From: an uncultured Acidimicrobiaceae bacterium
Lineage (GTDB): Bacteria > Actinomycetota > Acidimicrobiia > Acidimicrobiales > RAAP-2
DNA: 64,000 bases
Assembly (NCBI GenBank): GCA_963774485.1
Contig: CAVZFG010000003.1
Location: 1,150 to 65,149, forward strand
Reading direction: 5' to 3'
The position numbers were made by a program, and so were the translations under genes. Below are positions 22,988-33,058 of the stretch, in pieces. Under the pieces are notes generated by a model. The model ran no database searches, was not told the DNA's origin, and saw nothing but the letters and a program-made list of their open reading frames with translations. The first letter of the stretch is position 1. The number at the start of each line of letters is the position of its first letter.

Positions 22988-23659
22988 ATGCGCATCTGGT
23001 TGCCCGACGCTCCGGGCGTCCTCGGCGCCGTGGCGGCGGAGATCGGGGCGGTGGAGGGCAACGTCGTCGGGCTCGAGGTGCTCGAACGCGAGGCGGGCGT
23101 GGCGATCGACGAGCTCGTCGTGGAGCTGCCCGACGAGCCCGGCGCGGTCGACGCGGTGTGCCGGGGGGTGCGCAACGTCCCCGGGGTCGGTGTCGAAGAG
23201 GTCACGGAGCTGGCGACGGAGGCGCACGACCGAGAGGACTCCGTCCTCGCCGCCGCCGCCGGCATCTTGCAGGCCGCGACACCGACCGCGGTCATGGACG
23301 CACTGACCGGCCATCTCATGGCGCTCTTCGACCTGTCGTGGCTGGCCCTGGCCGACGACGCTCTCGCCGGGTTCGTCGAGGTGCACGGCGACGTTCCCTC
23401 GGCGCAGTGGGTCGCCGCGTTCGCCGAGGGTTCGCGCAGCGGCGCCGACCCCGCGAACGACACGACCGGCTCGGGCGTCTTCGTCGAGCCCGTGCCCGAG
23501 ACCGGCCTCACGGTGTGCGGCGGCCGCCCCGTCCCGATCCGGCGTCGGGAGCGCCACGAGATCGCCCTGTTGGTGATGGTCGCGTCACGTTTCGTCGACG
23601 CACTGGGTGGGTGCCACGGGCGGGCGGGCGCAGCACCAGGCGACGTGCACGCCAGCTGA
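22988..23659 (+). CDS. ACT-domain-containing protein
   Basis: Distal part of ORF 22541-23659, starting MRIWLPDAPGVLGAVAAEIGAVEGNVVGLEVLEREAGVAIDELVVELPD (ACT-like beta-alpha-beta-beta-alpha-beta). It lies directly downstream of the ATP-grasp / alpha-E / TGase genes on the same strand. Confidence 0.55.
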   Translation: MRIWLPDAPGVLGAVAAEIGAVEGNVVGLEVLEREAGVAIDELVVELPDEPGAVDAVCRGVRNVPGVGVEEVTELATEAHDREDSVLAAAAGILQAATPTAVMDALTGHLMALFDLSWLALADDALAGFVEVHGDVPSAQWVAAFAEGSRSGADPANDTTGSGVFVEPVPETGLTVCGGRPVPIRRRERHEIALLVMVASRFVDALGGCHGRAGAAPGDVHAS

Positions 23660-23693
23660 CCACCCGCATCGGGACGCCTAGTGTCCCCGGGAC

Positions 23694-24761
23694 GTGTTGC
23701 GCATCGGCTTCGTCGGATCGGGGAACATCGCCTGGGCGCACGGGCTGGGCCTCAAGGCGATGATCGACGGCGGGATCATCGAGGCGTCGATCGTGGCCGT
23801 GCACGACCCGCGCCAGCGGCGTGCCCGGGCGTTCGCCGACGCCGTCGGAGCCGAGGACGCCACCGCCGTCGCCGACGCCGGCGAGGTCGCCCGCCGCTGC
23901 GATGCCGTCTGGGTCTGCACGCCCACCTCGGCCCACCGGGACGCGGTGGACCAGGCGCTGGCCGCCGGCAGCGCCGTGTTCTGCGAGAAACCCCTCGACC
24001 GGGACCTCGACCGCGCCTCGGCGCTCGTCGACGCCGTGGGGGCGGCCGGCGTGGCCAGCCAGTGCGGCCTCGTGCTGCGGAGCGCACCCGTCTTCCGGGC
24101 GCTGCGCGACCTCGTGCGGGACGGGTCCTTGGGTCCGCCGATGGCCGCGGTCTTCCGCGACGACCAGTATTTCCCCATCCAGGGCCTCTACGGGTCGCAC
24201 TGGCGGGCCGAGGTCGAGCAGTCGGGCGGGGGGTGCCTCATTGAGCACTCCATCCACGACGTCGACATCCTGCGGTTCTGCTTCGGCGAGGTCGAGTCGG
24301 TGACGGCACGCACGGCGAACCACGCCGGGCACGAGGGGGTGGAGGACCTGGCGTCCGTCTCCCTCTCCTTCGCGTCGGGCCTCGAGGCGCAACTCACCAG
24401 CGTCTGGCACGAGATCCTGAGCCGGGGCTCGACGCGCCGGGTCGAGGTGTTCTGTCGCGACGGCATGGTGTGGCTGGACGACGACTTTCGGGGCCCGCTG
24501 CACGTGCAGACGAGCGAGGGCACCGACGAGCGGACGTGCCCGTCGCCCCGCTGGGTGGACGAGTTGCCGCTGGCCGACGACGAGGTCGGGCTCGCCGTCC
24601 GGGCCTACGTCGAGGCGGACCGGTCCTTCGTCGACGCGGTGACCGGGGGACGCCAGCCCGAACCCGGCCTCGCCGAGGCCCTGGCCGCCCACCGCCTGGT
24701 CGACGCCGCCTACCGTTCGGCGGCCGGTGGGGGACTGCCCGTCGACGTCCGATCCTCCTGA
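23694..24761 (+). CDS. Gfo/Idh/MocA-family NAD(P)-dependent oxidoreductase
   Basis: ORF 23694-24761 contains MLRIGFVGSGNIAWAHG (Rossmann motif), AVWVCTPTSAHRDAV..AVFCEKPL and a C-terminal alpha/beta domain. Confidence 0.9.
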   Translation: MLRIGFVGSGNIAWAHGLGLKAMIDGGIIEASIVAVHDPRQRRARAFADAVGAEDATAVADAGEVARRCDAVWVCTPTSAHRDAVDQALAAGSAVFCEKPLDRDLDRASALVDAVGAAGVASQCGLVLRSAPVFRALRDLVRDGSLGPPMAAVFRDDQYFPIQGLYGSHWRAEVEQSGGGCLIEHSIHDVDILRFCFGEVESVTARTANHAGHEGVEDLASVSLSFASGLEAQLTSVWHEILSRGSTRRVEVFCRDGMVWLDDDFRGPLHVQTSEGTDERTCPSPRWVDELPLADDEVGLAVRAYVEADRSFVDAVTGGRQPEPGLAEALAAHRLVDAAYRSAAGGGLPVDVRSS

Positions 24762-25045
24762 CGGGCGCCGGAAGGGCCTGACTGGCCGCGGGCCGCCGCC
24801 GGGGTGGCCAGGGGGTGGCCGGCACACTTCGACCGGAGGATGAATTGCGCGCCGTCCGCCTCATCCCGAGGTCGGAGCCGAGGGCCCGAATCCGCTCCTG
24901 ACCAGGACAGATGGCGGGTTCGCGGTGTCGTCGAGCCGGCGGGCGTCAGGGTTACCATTGCCCACGACGGCATCGCTTTCCGGGTCGTGCGCCGTTGTCC
25001 TTGCCGGCCCGAGAGACAAGAGACCAGAGAGGAGACGACACAAGG

Positions 25046-25834
25046 GTGCGCGCAGTGCTCCGGGTGTTCAACCAGCAACCGCTGGCGGCGAAGGTCCCCG
25101 AGGTCACCGCGCTCTTCTGGGTGATCAAGATCTCCACCACGGCGGCGGGCGAGGCCATCTCCGACATGTTCGTGTCCAACAAGGAGCTTGGCGTGGTGGT
25201 CGAGGTCTCGATGTTCGCCCTCGCGCTGTTCCTGCAGTTCCGGGCCCGGCGCTACTCGGCGGTCACGTACTGGTTCCTGGCGCTGGCGATCGCCACGGCC
25301 GGAACCGGCGTCGCCGACACCATGCACCTCGTGCTCGGCCTGCCCTACGCGGTGACCTCGCTGTTCTGGCTCGTGGTGCTGGCCGCCATCTTCTACCTCT
25401 GGGACCGCAGCGAGCACACGCTGGACATCCACTCCATCACGACCAACCGGCGCGAGAAGTACTACTGGTGCGTGGTCTTCGCCACCTTCGCGCTCGGGAC
25501 CGCGGTCGGTGACTTCGTCGCGACCACCCTCGGCCTGGGCTACCTGGCCTCGGCCTTCCTCTTCTGCGGCGTGATCCTCATCCCGTGGTTCGGCTGGAAG
25601 TTCCTCCGGTGGAACAGCATCTTCGCCTTCTGGTTCGCCTACGTCATCACCCGCCCGATCGGGGCGTCCTTTGCCGACTACTTCAGCAAGAGCCACGAGC
25701 TGAGCGGCCTCGACTTCGGCGACTGGCAGACGGCTCTCGTGATGACCCTGCTCGTGGCGGTCCTGGTGGCCTACACCGCGCTGGCCCGCTACGACATCCA
25801 GTCACCCGACGTGGGGATCGCCGGCGGCACCTGA
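25046..25834 (+). CDS. Polytopic membrane protein of unknown function (COG4705-like)
   Basis: ORF 24911-25834, with the preferred start at GTG 25046 preceded by gagaggag. The protein reads VTALFWVIKISTTAAGEAISD, has about 7-8 hydrophobic helices and contains FWFAYVITRPIGASFADY. Confidence 0.7.
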   Translation: MRAVLRVFNQQPLAAKVPEVTALFWVIKISTTAAGEAISDMFVSNKELGVVVEVSMFALALFLQFRARRYSAVTYWFLALAIATAGTGVADTMHLVLGLPYAVTSLFWLVVLAAIFYLWDRSEHTLDIHSITTNRREKYYWCVVFATFALGTAVGDFVATTLGLGYLASAFLFCGVILIPWFGWKFLRWNSIFAFWFAYVITRPIGASFADYFSKSHELSGLDFGDWQTALVMTLLVAVLVAYTALARYDIQSPDVGIAGGT

Positions 25835-25883
25835 CGGGCGTCCGGCGTACCGCCGTGCGTCCGCGGTCCCTAAGGTCGGGTCA

Positions 25884-26390
25884 ATGGACACCGCGTCGCT
25901 GTTGCTCGAGGTCTACGGCCGGATCCCGCCACTGGCGGCCGACGCCGTGGAGGGTCTCGACCGAGAGAGTTTGTGCTGGGCGCCCGCTCCGGGGGCCAAC
26001 ACGATCGGATGGCTGATCTGGCACCTCACCCGGGTGCAGGACCACCACGTCTCCGAGCTGCTCGACACCGAGCAGATCTGGGTCAGTGGGGACTGGGCCC
26101 GGCGCTGCGGCCTCGATCCCGATCCCTCCAACACCGGGTACGGCCATGACCCCGACGACGTGCATGCCGTGCGGCCCGAGGGGCCCGACGTCCTCCTCGG
26201 CTATCTCGACGAGGTGGACGTTCGCACGAGAGGCATGCTCGCGGGCCTCACGCCCGACGATCTGGACCGGGTCGTGGACCGCCGCTGGGATCCCCCCGTC
26301 ACCCTGGGCGTGCGCCTCGTGAGCATCGGCGACGACTGCCTCCAACACGTCGGGCAGGCCGCCTATGTGCGGGGGCTGCTCCGGTTCTGA
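25884..26390 (+). CDS. DinB-family (DUF664 / mycothiol-transferase-like) protein
   Basis: ORF 25884-26390 contains NTIGWLIWHLTRVQDHHV and DDCLQHVGQAAYVRG, a His-rich four-helix DinB signature. Confidence 0.85.
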   Translation: MDTASLLLEVYGRIPPLAADAVEGLDRESLCWAPAPGANTIGWLIWHLTRVQDHHVSELLDTEQIWVSGDWARRCGLDPDPSNTGYGHDPDDVHAVRPEGPDVLLGYLDEVDVRTRGMLAGLTPDDLDRVVDRRWDPPVTLGVRLVSIGDDCLQHVGQAAYVRGLLRF

Positions 26391-26885
26391 GCCGAACCTC
26401 GGCCGGGGAGATCCGATGGGAGGGCGCCGGCGGCTACCACGTCTTCAACCGCGCGGCGAACTCGAACGCCAGCGGCCCCACGCCCTTGTCGTGCTGGACC
26501 TGCATGCAAGAACTGGTGAACCGCTCAAGAACTCACCGGCTCTCGGGATATGGGAGCCGATCTCCAGTCCCTCGACCCGCACCTGGTCGAGGCCGGCTCT
26601 CTCGGGGGTGACCAGTGCGGCACCGCCGGAGCGGACTACCTGGCCCACTGCAGCTACAACACCGGTCCGGGCGACCGGCTGACGGGGTTGTTCGGCTGAG
26701 GCACTGACCCATCGGGCGTTCGTGCGAACTCGGCGCGATCTCCAGGTTATTTCTCTGTGTCGGTGGGGTGTCAGCGGGGCTTTGTTCTTGTAGGGCGTTT
26801 CGGGATTGTTGAAACTGGTGTTTGATGAGCCAGACCCCGCACGGTATCGGTGCAAGAACGACCCGGCTTTTCGCACTGAACGCTG

Positions 26886-28094
26886 ATGCGGAGCGGCGAA
26901 AGACCACTGGTGTCTAGGCGAACGACGCGGAGGGCCGTTCCGCAGAGTCGGCGGGCTTGGCGGCGGACCGCCTCGGCCGGTCTGCTGGCGGGCATGACGA
27001 TGACCGCCGTCGGCGGCACCGGGCTCGCCGTGGTCGCCTTACCGGCGACCCCGGCTTGGGCCAACTCGGACGACTGCTCGGGCTCGATCGGCACGGCCGG
27101 GAAGTACAGCGAGTGGGTGGCCGGTTCGGTCACCCGCGGCATAGGCACGGTGGCCGGCCCGGTGGCCTACGGCGGCTCCGCCACCTTTGGCGACTACCCA
27201 AGCCCCAATGGCCCGACGATCGCGGCGGGCGTGGCGGCAAATGCGAGTTCCCTCAATCTGGTGGTCGGCGGCGCTCTCACCGTCGACGGACCGAGCACGC
27301 TCGATGCCGGCAGTGGCGTGATCGCCGGTGGGGAGGCCTCCTTCGAGCCGCTCACGGTCGTCGGCGGCGGCACGGTGACGAACAATGTCACCAGCTCAGG
27401 CCTGCCTTTCAGCTTCACCTCGGTGGGGACCGGCCTCGTGGCAGCTTCCGACGGGTGGGCGGCGGCGAGCGCCACCGGTACCACGGTGCTCAGCGGAACC
27501 ACCCTTACCCTCACTGGCACCGACTCCACCCAGGACATCTTCACGGTCACCGAGACGCAGCTCGCAGCGGCACACAGCATCGTGATCAACGTCCCGTCGG
27601 CCAGCCCTCAGCCCACCGTCCTGATCAACGTAACGGGCACCGGTTCGTACACAAACCCGTCCGGTCAGAACATCACCTACACCAATGGCGGCACGGCTCA
27701 AGCCACCACCACCCTGTGGAACTTCAACCAGGCCAGCTCGATCACCCTGTCTGGGCTCACGTGGGACGGCACCATCGTCGCCCCGTTCGTGAGCAAGCTG
27801 TCGGCATCCAACGGATCGATCCTCGGCAGTCTGATCATCGGCGGATCTAGTGCAGGGGGTGTGTTCGCCACGAGCGTCACTCCCTCGACCAACACTTGGG
27901 ACACGGGCACCACGAACGGCAGCGGACTGACCCTGTTCACCGGAGCGTGCCTACCCAACAACTCGGGGCCGGGCGTTGGCACTCCCGAGGTCCCGGCCGC
28001 AGTGCTGCTGCCGTTGGCGGCTCTCGCCGTGGGTGGCATCGGCTACGGAACCCAGAGAAGTCGCAGTCGCCGACGCGCCGGCGTCGTCTCCTGA
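26886..28094 (+). CDS. Secreted choice-of-anchor-A-like protein with a C-terminal anchor-like tail
   Basis: ORF 26886-28094 has an Arg-rich signal peptide (..LAVVALPATPAWA). It continues DCSGSIGTAGKYSEWVAGSV..AGPVAYGGSATF..LNLVVGGALTV and has Thr/Gly-rich beta-helix-like sequence. The tail reads TPEVPAAVLLPLAALAVGGIGYGTQRSRSRRR. Confidence 0.65.
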   Translation: MRSGERPLVSRRTTRRAVPQSRRAWRRTASAGLLAGMTMTAVGGTGLAVVALPATPAWANSDDCSGSIGTAGKYSEWVAGSVTRGIGTVAGPVAYGGSATFGDYPSPNGPTIAAGVAANASSLNLVVGGALTVDGPSTLDAGSGVIAGGEASFEPLTVVGGGTVTNNVTSSGLPFSFTSVGTGLVAASDGWAAASATGTTVLSGTTLTLTGTDSTQDIFTVTETQLAAAHSIVINVPSASPQPTVLINVTGTGSYTNPSGQNITYTNGGTAQATTTLWNFNQASSITLSGLTWDGTIVAPFVSKLSASNGSILGSLIIGGSSAGGVFATSVTPSTNTWDTGTTNGSGLTLFTGACLPNNSGPGVGTPEVPAAVLLPLAALAVGGIGYGTQRSRSRRRAGVVS

Positions 28095-28338
28095 CCGGAC
28101 TGTCGGTCACGCCCTGGCGCCCCCATGGCCTGATCGAGTTGCTTCGAGGCGGCACGGCGCCCTCCATCGCTGACCCGCTGCCCGCCCTCTCCGAGGGTCT
28201 GCCGATCGCCATGGGCGGCCTCGCGCTCCTCGGTGTCGCCGGCTTGATGGTGCGCCGTCGCCACGGCCGCTCCTCGGAGGCGCGAGTTCCACCACCTGAG
28301 GAGTCCGGACCTCGGATCGGAGACGCCGGCCGAGCGGG

Positions 28339-29152
28339 TCAGCGTCCGGGAGGCTTGGGCCAGCGGACGTACTCCTCGTAGCGATAGATGCGTCTCGTAG
28401 CCGAGCCGGAGGTAGATCGGCTCGCCCATGGGCGACGCCTGCAGCGTGCACGACGACGCACCGTGCTCGAAGGCCAGGTTGGTCGCCAGCACCGTGACGA
28501 GCGCGCCCAACCCCCCGGTGCGGGCGGCGGGGACGGTGCCCACCCACTGCAGGCTGGCGACGCCGTCACTCTCGTAGGTCATGGCCGTGGCGACGGGCTC
28601 TGCGGCGCGTCGGGCCACCACGATGGAGACTCCAGGATCCTCGAGCACCCGGACCGGCTCGTCGAAGAGATCGGAGAGCACCTCGGCGGGCATCCCGTAG
28701 GTCCCGTAGGCCTCGGCGTTGACGGCGATGAAGTCACGTACGCCGGGCTCGTCGTCGACCCAGCGCAGCGTCACGTCGTCGACCGACGGCGGCTCGGGGA
28801 GCGGGCTGCGGCGGAGCATCTCGGGCACCGCTCCGCCGAAGAGCTCCAGGCCGGCGGCCGCACAGGCGCGGCGCAGGTCCTCGTCCTCACCGTTGTCGCG
28901 CACCTTGATGCCGTACCCTCGCCCGAGGGCCGCAAAGAACACGTCGGCCCGGGCGACGAGCTCAGCGCCGTCGAGCGCATCGTCGGAGCGGAACGCACCG
29001 TTGGCGACGACGGGGATCCAGGTCCCACCGGCACACAGGACGGCCCCGCCCTCTTCCTCGAGGGCGCCCCGGCTGCTCCAGCGGGTGAGCGCCCGGTTGA
29101 ACGCGATCAGGTTGTGGTGGCCGAGCGCCGCCTCGGTGTCCGATCGGGGCAT
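28339..29152 (-). CDS. GNAT-family N-acetyltransferase (frameshift near 28385)
   Basis: ORF 28043-29152 is sensible to ..VGTVPAARTGGLGALVTVLATNLAFEHGASSCTLQASPMGEPIYLRLGYET. The natural end IYRYEEYVRWPKPPGR-stop lies in ORF 28339-28569. Confidence 0.7.
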
Positions 29153-29202
29153 GCGCCATGATGCCGCGCCGGGTTGCGGCCGTCGTGTCAGGCCGGCCCG
29201 AC

Positions 29203-29670
29203 CTACGTGAAGATGATCTCGCCTCCGGCCGCCTTCTCGTAGAACTCGCCCACCGTGATGATCTCTTGCACCTGGTCGATGAAGTCGTCCTTGGTGAACC
29301 CGAACAGGTCGACGGAGGCCTGGCAGGCGTAGAGCCCGCAGCCGGTGTCCGCGATCATTTCCATGAACTCGGGGATCCCCGGGATGTCGTGCTGCTCCAT
29401 CTTCTTCTCCATCATGTGGGTCGCGATGGCCGACATGCCGGGGAGGACGCCGATCAGGCTCGCCATGTGCATCCCCGGGTTGCCGACGGCTGCCACCTTC
29501 ATGTGCTCCAGGCGCTTCTTGTTGATGGCGTCGAGCCCGAAGAAGGTGAAGAACAGGTTGGCGTCGATGCCCTCGGCCCGGGCCCCGTTGGCCATGATCA
29601 GGCCGGGGTAGACGCCCTCGAGGGACCCCTTGGAGATGATGATGGAGACCTTTTCGATCGTCTCACCCAT
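29203..29670 (-). CDS. DsrE/DsrF-like sulfur-relay family protein
   Basis: Internal start MGETIEKVSIIISKGSLEGVYPGLIMANGA in ORF 29203-29943, with the RBS GGAAGGAG upstream. The protein contains FFTFFGLD and CGLYACQASVDLFG. Confidence 0.85.
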   Translation of the reverse strand: MGETIEKVSIIISKGSLEGVYPGLIMANGARAEGIDANLFFTFFGLDAINKKRLEHMKVAAVGNPGMHMASLIGVLPGMSAIATHMMEKKMEQHDIPGIPEFMEMIADTGCGLYACQASVDLFGFTKDDFIDQVQEIITVGEFYEKAAGGEIIFT

Positions 29671-29696
29671 GGCGGTGCTCCTTCCTGCCGGCCGGC

Positions 29697-30009
29697 TCAG
29701 ATGCAGCCGCGGGGCTTGGGGATGCCCGCGATCTTGGCGGCCAGCTTGGCCGGGCCCTTGGGGAAGAGCTGGTAGAGCTCCTTGATCGGCACGCCAGAGG
29801 TCTTCCCGAGGACGCGGACCGTGGGTCCGGTGCCCTTTGCCTCGTACTCGGAGCGCATGAAGCGGATGACCTGCCAGTGACGGTCCGTCAGGGGGTCGAT
29901 GCCCTCCCGGCGGGCGAGCTCGACCGCGATGTCCTCGTTCCACTGCGAAGGATCGACGAGGAAGCCCTCGTCGTCGAGCTCGATCTGTGCCCTGCGATGG
30001 TGTCGGTCG

Positions 30010-30013
<4 letters not shown>
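29697..30013 (-). CDS. TusE/DsrC-family sulfur-transfer protein (frameshift near 29990)
   Basis: ATG 30011-30013 gives MTTDTIAG, which joins IELDDEGFLVDPSQWNEDIAVELARREGI..LTDRHWQVIRFMR..PKPRGCI (ORF 29697-30074) after a 1-nt shift. Only the penultimate Cys is present; there is no second Cys about 10 residues upstream. Confidence 0.8.
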
Positions 30014-31278
<1,265 letters not shown>

Positions 31279-31364
31279 GGCCTGCGGTCCCTCCGGTCCC
31301 ATCCTGCGGGTGTCGCCGCCGGTCAGGAAGGGCACAAGGTCCCGGTTCGGCCGTCACACCGGCT

Positions 31365-31880
31365 TCAGCAGCTCAGCGCGAAGACCGGATGGCGGGCGGC
31401 CACGGCGGCCCATTCCTCGTCGGTGGAGTCGGGGGTGACGCCGTCGAAGAACATGCCGGTCTCGAACTTCCAGCGGCGCAGGTAGGCCCGGAGGATCGGC
31501 ACCCGGTCGGCCACCGGGATCTCCGTCGCCGTGCACGGCTGGCGCCGGCGGCCGAGGATCAGCACGAGATGCCCGCCGGCGTGGCGCACGTTGCGGACCC
31601 ACTGGGTCTCGCCCCTGGGAGCGACCAGGTACTGCGTGCCGTCGACTGAGAGGAGGTTCACCGGGGTGTGGTGCAGCTGGCCGGTGCTCCGGCCCCGGTG
31701 CTCGAGGACACGGGAGCCCCAGACGCTGATGCCCATGCGGGTCAGGCCGCTCAACACCCGGTTGAAGACGTTGCGGGTGAACCAGTCGGGACGCTTGTAG
31801 TGGGCCGCCGCCGGCTGCTCGGGGTGGGGTTGGTGCTCATGGAGGTCTCCTGGGTCGGGGTTGTCATGAACATCGATCAT
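31365..31880 (-). CDS. Nitroreductase-family deazaflavin (F420)-dependent oxidoreductase, DUF385 type; start uncertain
   Basis: Distal part of ORF 31365-32285 reads YKRPDWFTRNVFNRVLSGLTRMGISVWGSRVLEHRGRSTGQ..TPVNLL..YLVAPRGETQWVRNVRHAG. An out-of-frame ATG with a good AGGAGA RBS near 31841 (MSTNPTP) suggests another frameshift at the 5' end. Confidence 0.8.
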   Translation of the reverse strand: MIDVHDNPDPGDLHEHQPHPEQPAAAHYKRPDWFTRNVFNRVLSGLTRMGISVWGSRVLEHRGRSTGQLHHTPVNLLSVDGTQYLVAPRGETQWVRNVRHAGGHLVLILGRRRQPCTATEIPVADRVPILRAYLRRWKFETGMFFDGVTPDSTDEEWAAVAARHPVFALSC

Positions 31881-31884
31881 AAAA

Positions 31885-31918
31885 GAGAACAATGTTCTTG
31901 TCAAGTACTTGTGTTCTC
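31885..31918. promoter_or_regulatory. Nested palindromes in the divergent TetR / DUF385 intergenic region (candidate TetR operator)
   Basis: GAGAACAATGTTCTTGTCAAGTACTTGTGTTCTC contains AGAACA-a-TGTTCT (31886-31898), CAAGTACTTG (31902-31911) and outer arms GAGAACA / TGTTCTC. Confidence 0.5.
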
Positions 31919-31943
31919 TCCTTCCAGCAACCAGACTGGCGCA

Positions 31944-32729
31944 ATGACGCCCGCCCGCACGGCCCGAGAAAGGGTCCGCGAGGAGATGAGGTCGGAGATC
32001 CTGGCCGTCGCCCGGGCACACCTGGCCCGGGAGGGCGCAGCGGCCTTGTCCCTGCGGTCCATCGCCCGGGACCTGGAGATGGCCCCGTCGGCCCTGTACC
32101 GCTACTTCGACGGGCGCGACGCCCTGCTCAGCGCGCTGATCCTCGACGCCTACGAGGCGCTGGCGGCCGAGGCGGAGCGCGGCCGCGGACCGCGGCGCAG
32201 GGGAGGGCGGCACGGTCGGAGTGACGCCGAACGGTGGCTGTTCGTGCCCCGGGCGTTGCGCGCCTGGGCGCTGGCGCACCCGCACGAGTGGGGGCTCATC
32301 TTCGGGACCCCCGTGCCGGGCTACGAGGCGCCCGAGGACACCGTCGAGCCCTACGCCCGCGTGGCGGCGGCGCTGGTGCGTCCCGTGCTCGACGCACGGG
32401 CGGCCGGCCGGCTCAGGATGGACGAACGCCCGCGGGAAGTCTCAGCCGAACTGCGCGACGCGGTGGCGCCGGTGGCCGACGGGCTCTTCCCCGGGATGCC
32501 CGTCGACAAGGTCGTGGCGGCCCTGGAGGCCTGGACGACCATCGTCGGCGTCGTCAGCCTCGAGGTGTTCGGGCACTGGCGCAACACCGTCCTCGACCCG
32601 GGCCAGTTCTTCGAGGCCACCATGCGTCATGTGGCGGACGCCATCGGCCTGCTCGAAGCGCCGTCCGGCGTGGGGCGCTCGAGGCCCTCAGCGCAGGCGG
32701 TCGCGCAGGGCCCGGGCCCGTGTCGCTGA
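31944..32729 (+). CDS. TetR/AcrR-family transcriptional regulator
   Basis: Internal ATG in ORF 31668-32729 gives MTPARTARERVREEMRSEILAVARAHLAREGAAALSLRSIARDLEMAPSALYRYF, an HTH signature. Confidence 0.85.
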   Translation: MTPARTARERVREEMRSEILAVARAHLAREGAAALSLRSIARDLEMAPSALYRYFDGRDALLSALILDAYEALAAEAERGRGPRRRGGRHGRSDAERWLFVPRALRAWALAHPHEWGLIFGTPVPGYEAPEDTVEPYARVAAALVRPVLDARAAGRLRMDERPREVSAELRDAVAPVADGLFPGMPVDKVVAALEAWTTIVGVVSLEVFGHWRNTVLDPGQFFEATMRHVADAIGLLEAPSGVGRSRPSAQAVAQGPGPCR

Positions 32730-32964
32730 GCTCCTCGAGCTGATCCTCGGGTACCCACTCGGCCATGGTCCCGACGAGCTCGTAGAGCAACGAGGCCAGC
32801 TCGGCCAGCTCTCCGCTGGGCTCCTCCACCTTGATCTGCGAGAACGGGAACGCGACGTTCACCCGGCTCGACGGTGCGACGACCTCGGGCGCGGCTCGGG
32901 TCTTCGATCCACGATGCCCGTCGGTCTCGGAGGGGAAGGAGCTCTTCTCAGATGACTTCGGCAC
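32689..32964 (-). CDS. Hypothetical small protein (weak call; 3' end needs a frameshift)
   Basis: This frame of ORF 32554-33333 has high third-position G+C from GTG 32962-32964 (a GAGGA RBS-like sequence lies upstream) through ..VNVAFPFSQIKVEEPSGELAELASLLYELVGTMAEWVPEDQLEEL. A 1-nt shift then gives ..ATRARALRDRLR-stop near 32689. No family was recognised. Confidence 0.25.
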
Positions 32965-33058
32965 CCCACCATCCTCGCGCCGCACGGACGAGCGCCAGGG
33001 CACGATCGTCCGGGCCGCTGCAGTGAGCCCGCCGGAGCGTCCCGGCAGGCGGGGTCGA

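Noticed and set aside
26430-26700. Minus-strand protein-like fragments (..ALVTPERAGLDQVRVEGLEIGSHIP.. and ..MQVQHDKGVGPLAFEFAARLKTW-stop) between the DinB gene and the choice-of-anchor-A gene.
   Set aside because: There is no start, the frames are broken, and I cannot assign a family. It is probably a short gene remnant, and not enough for a feature call.
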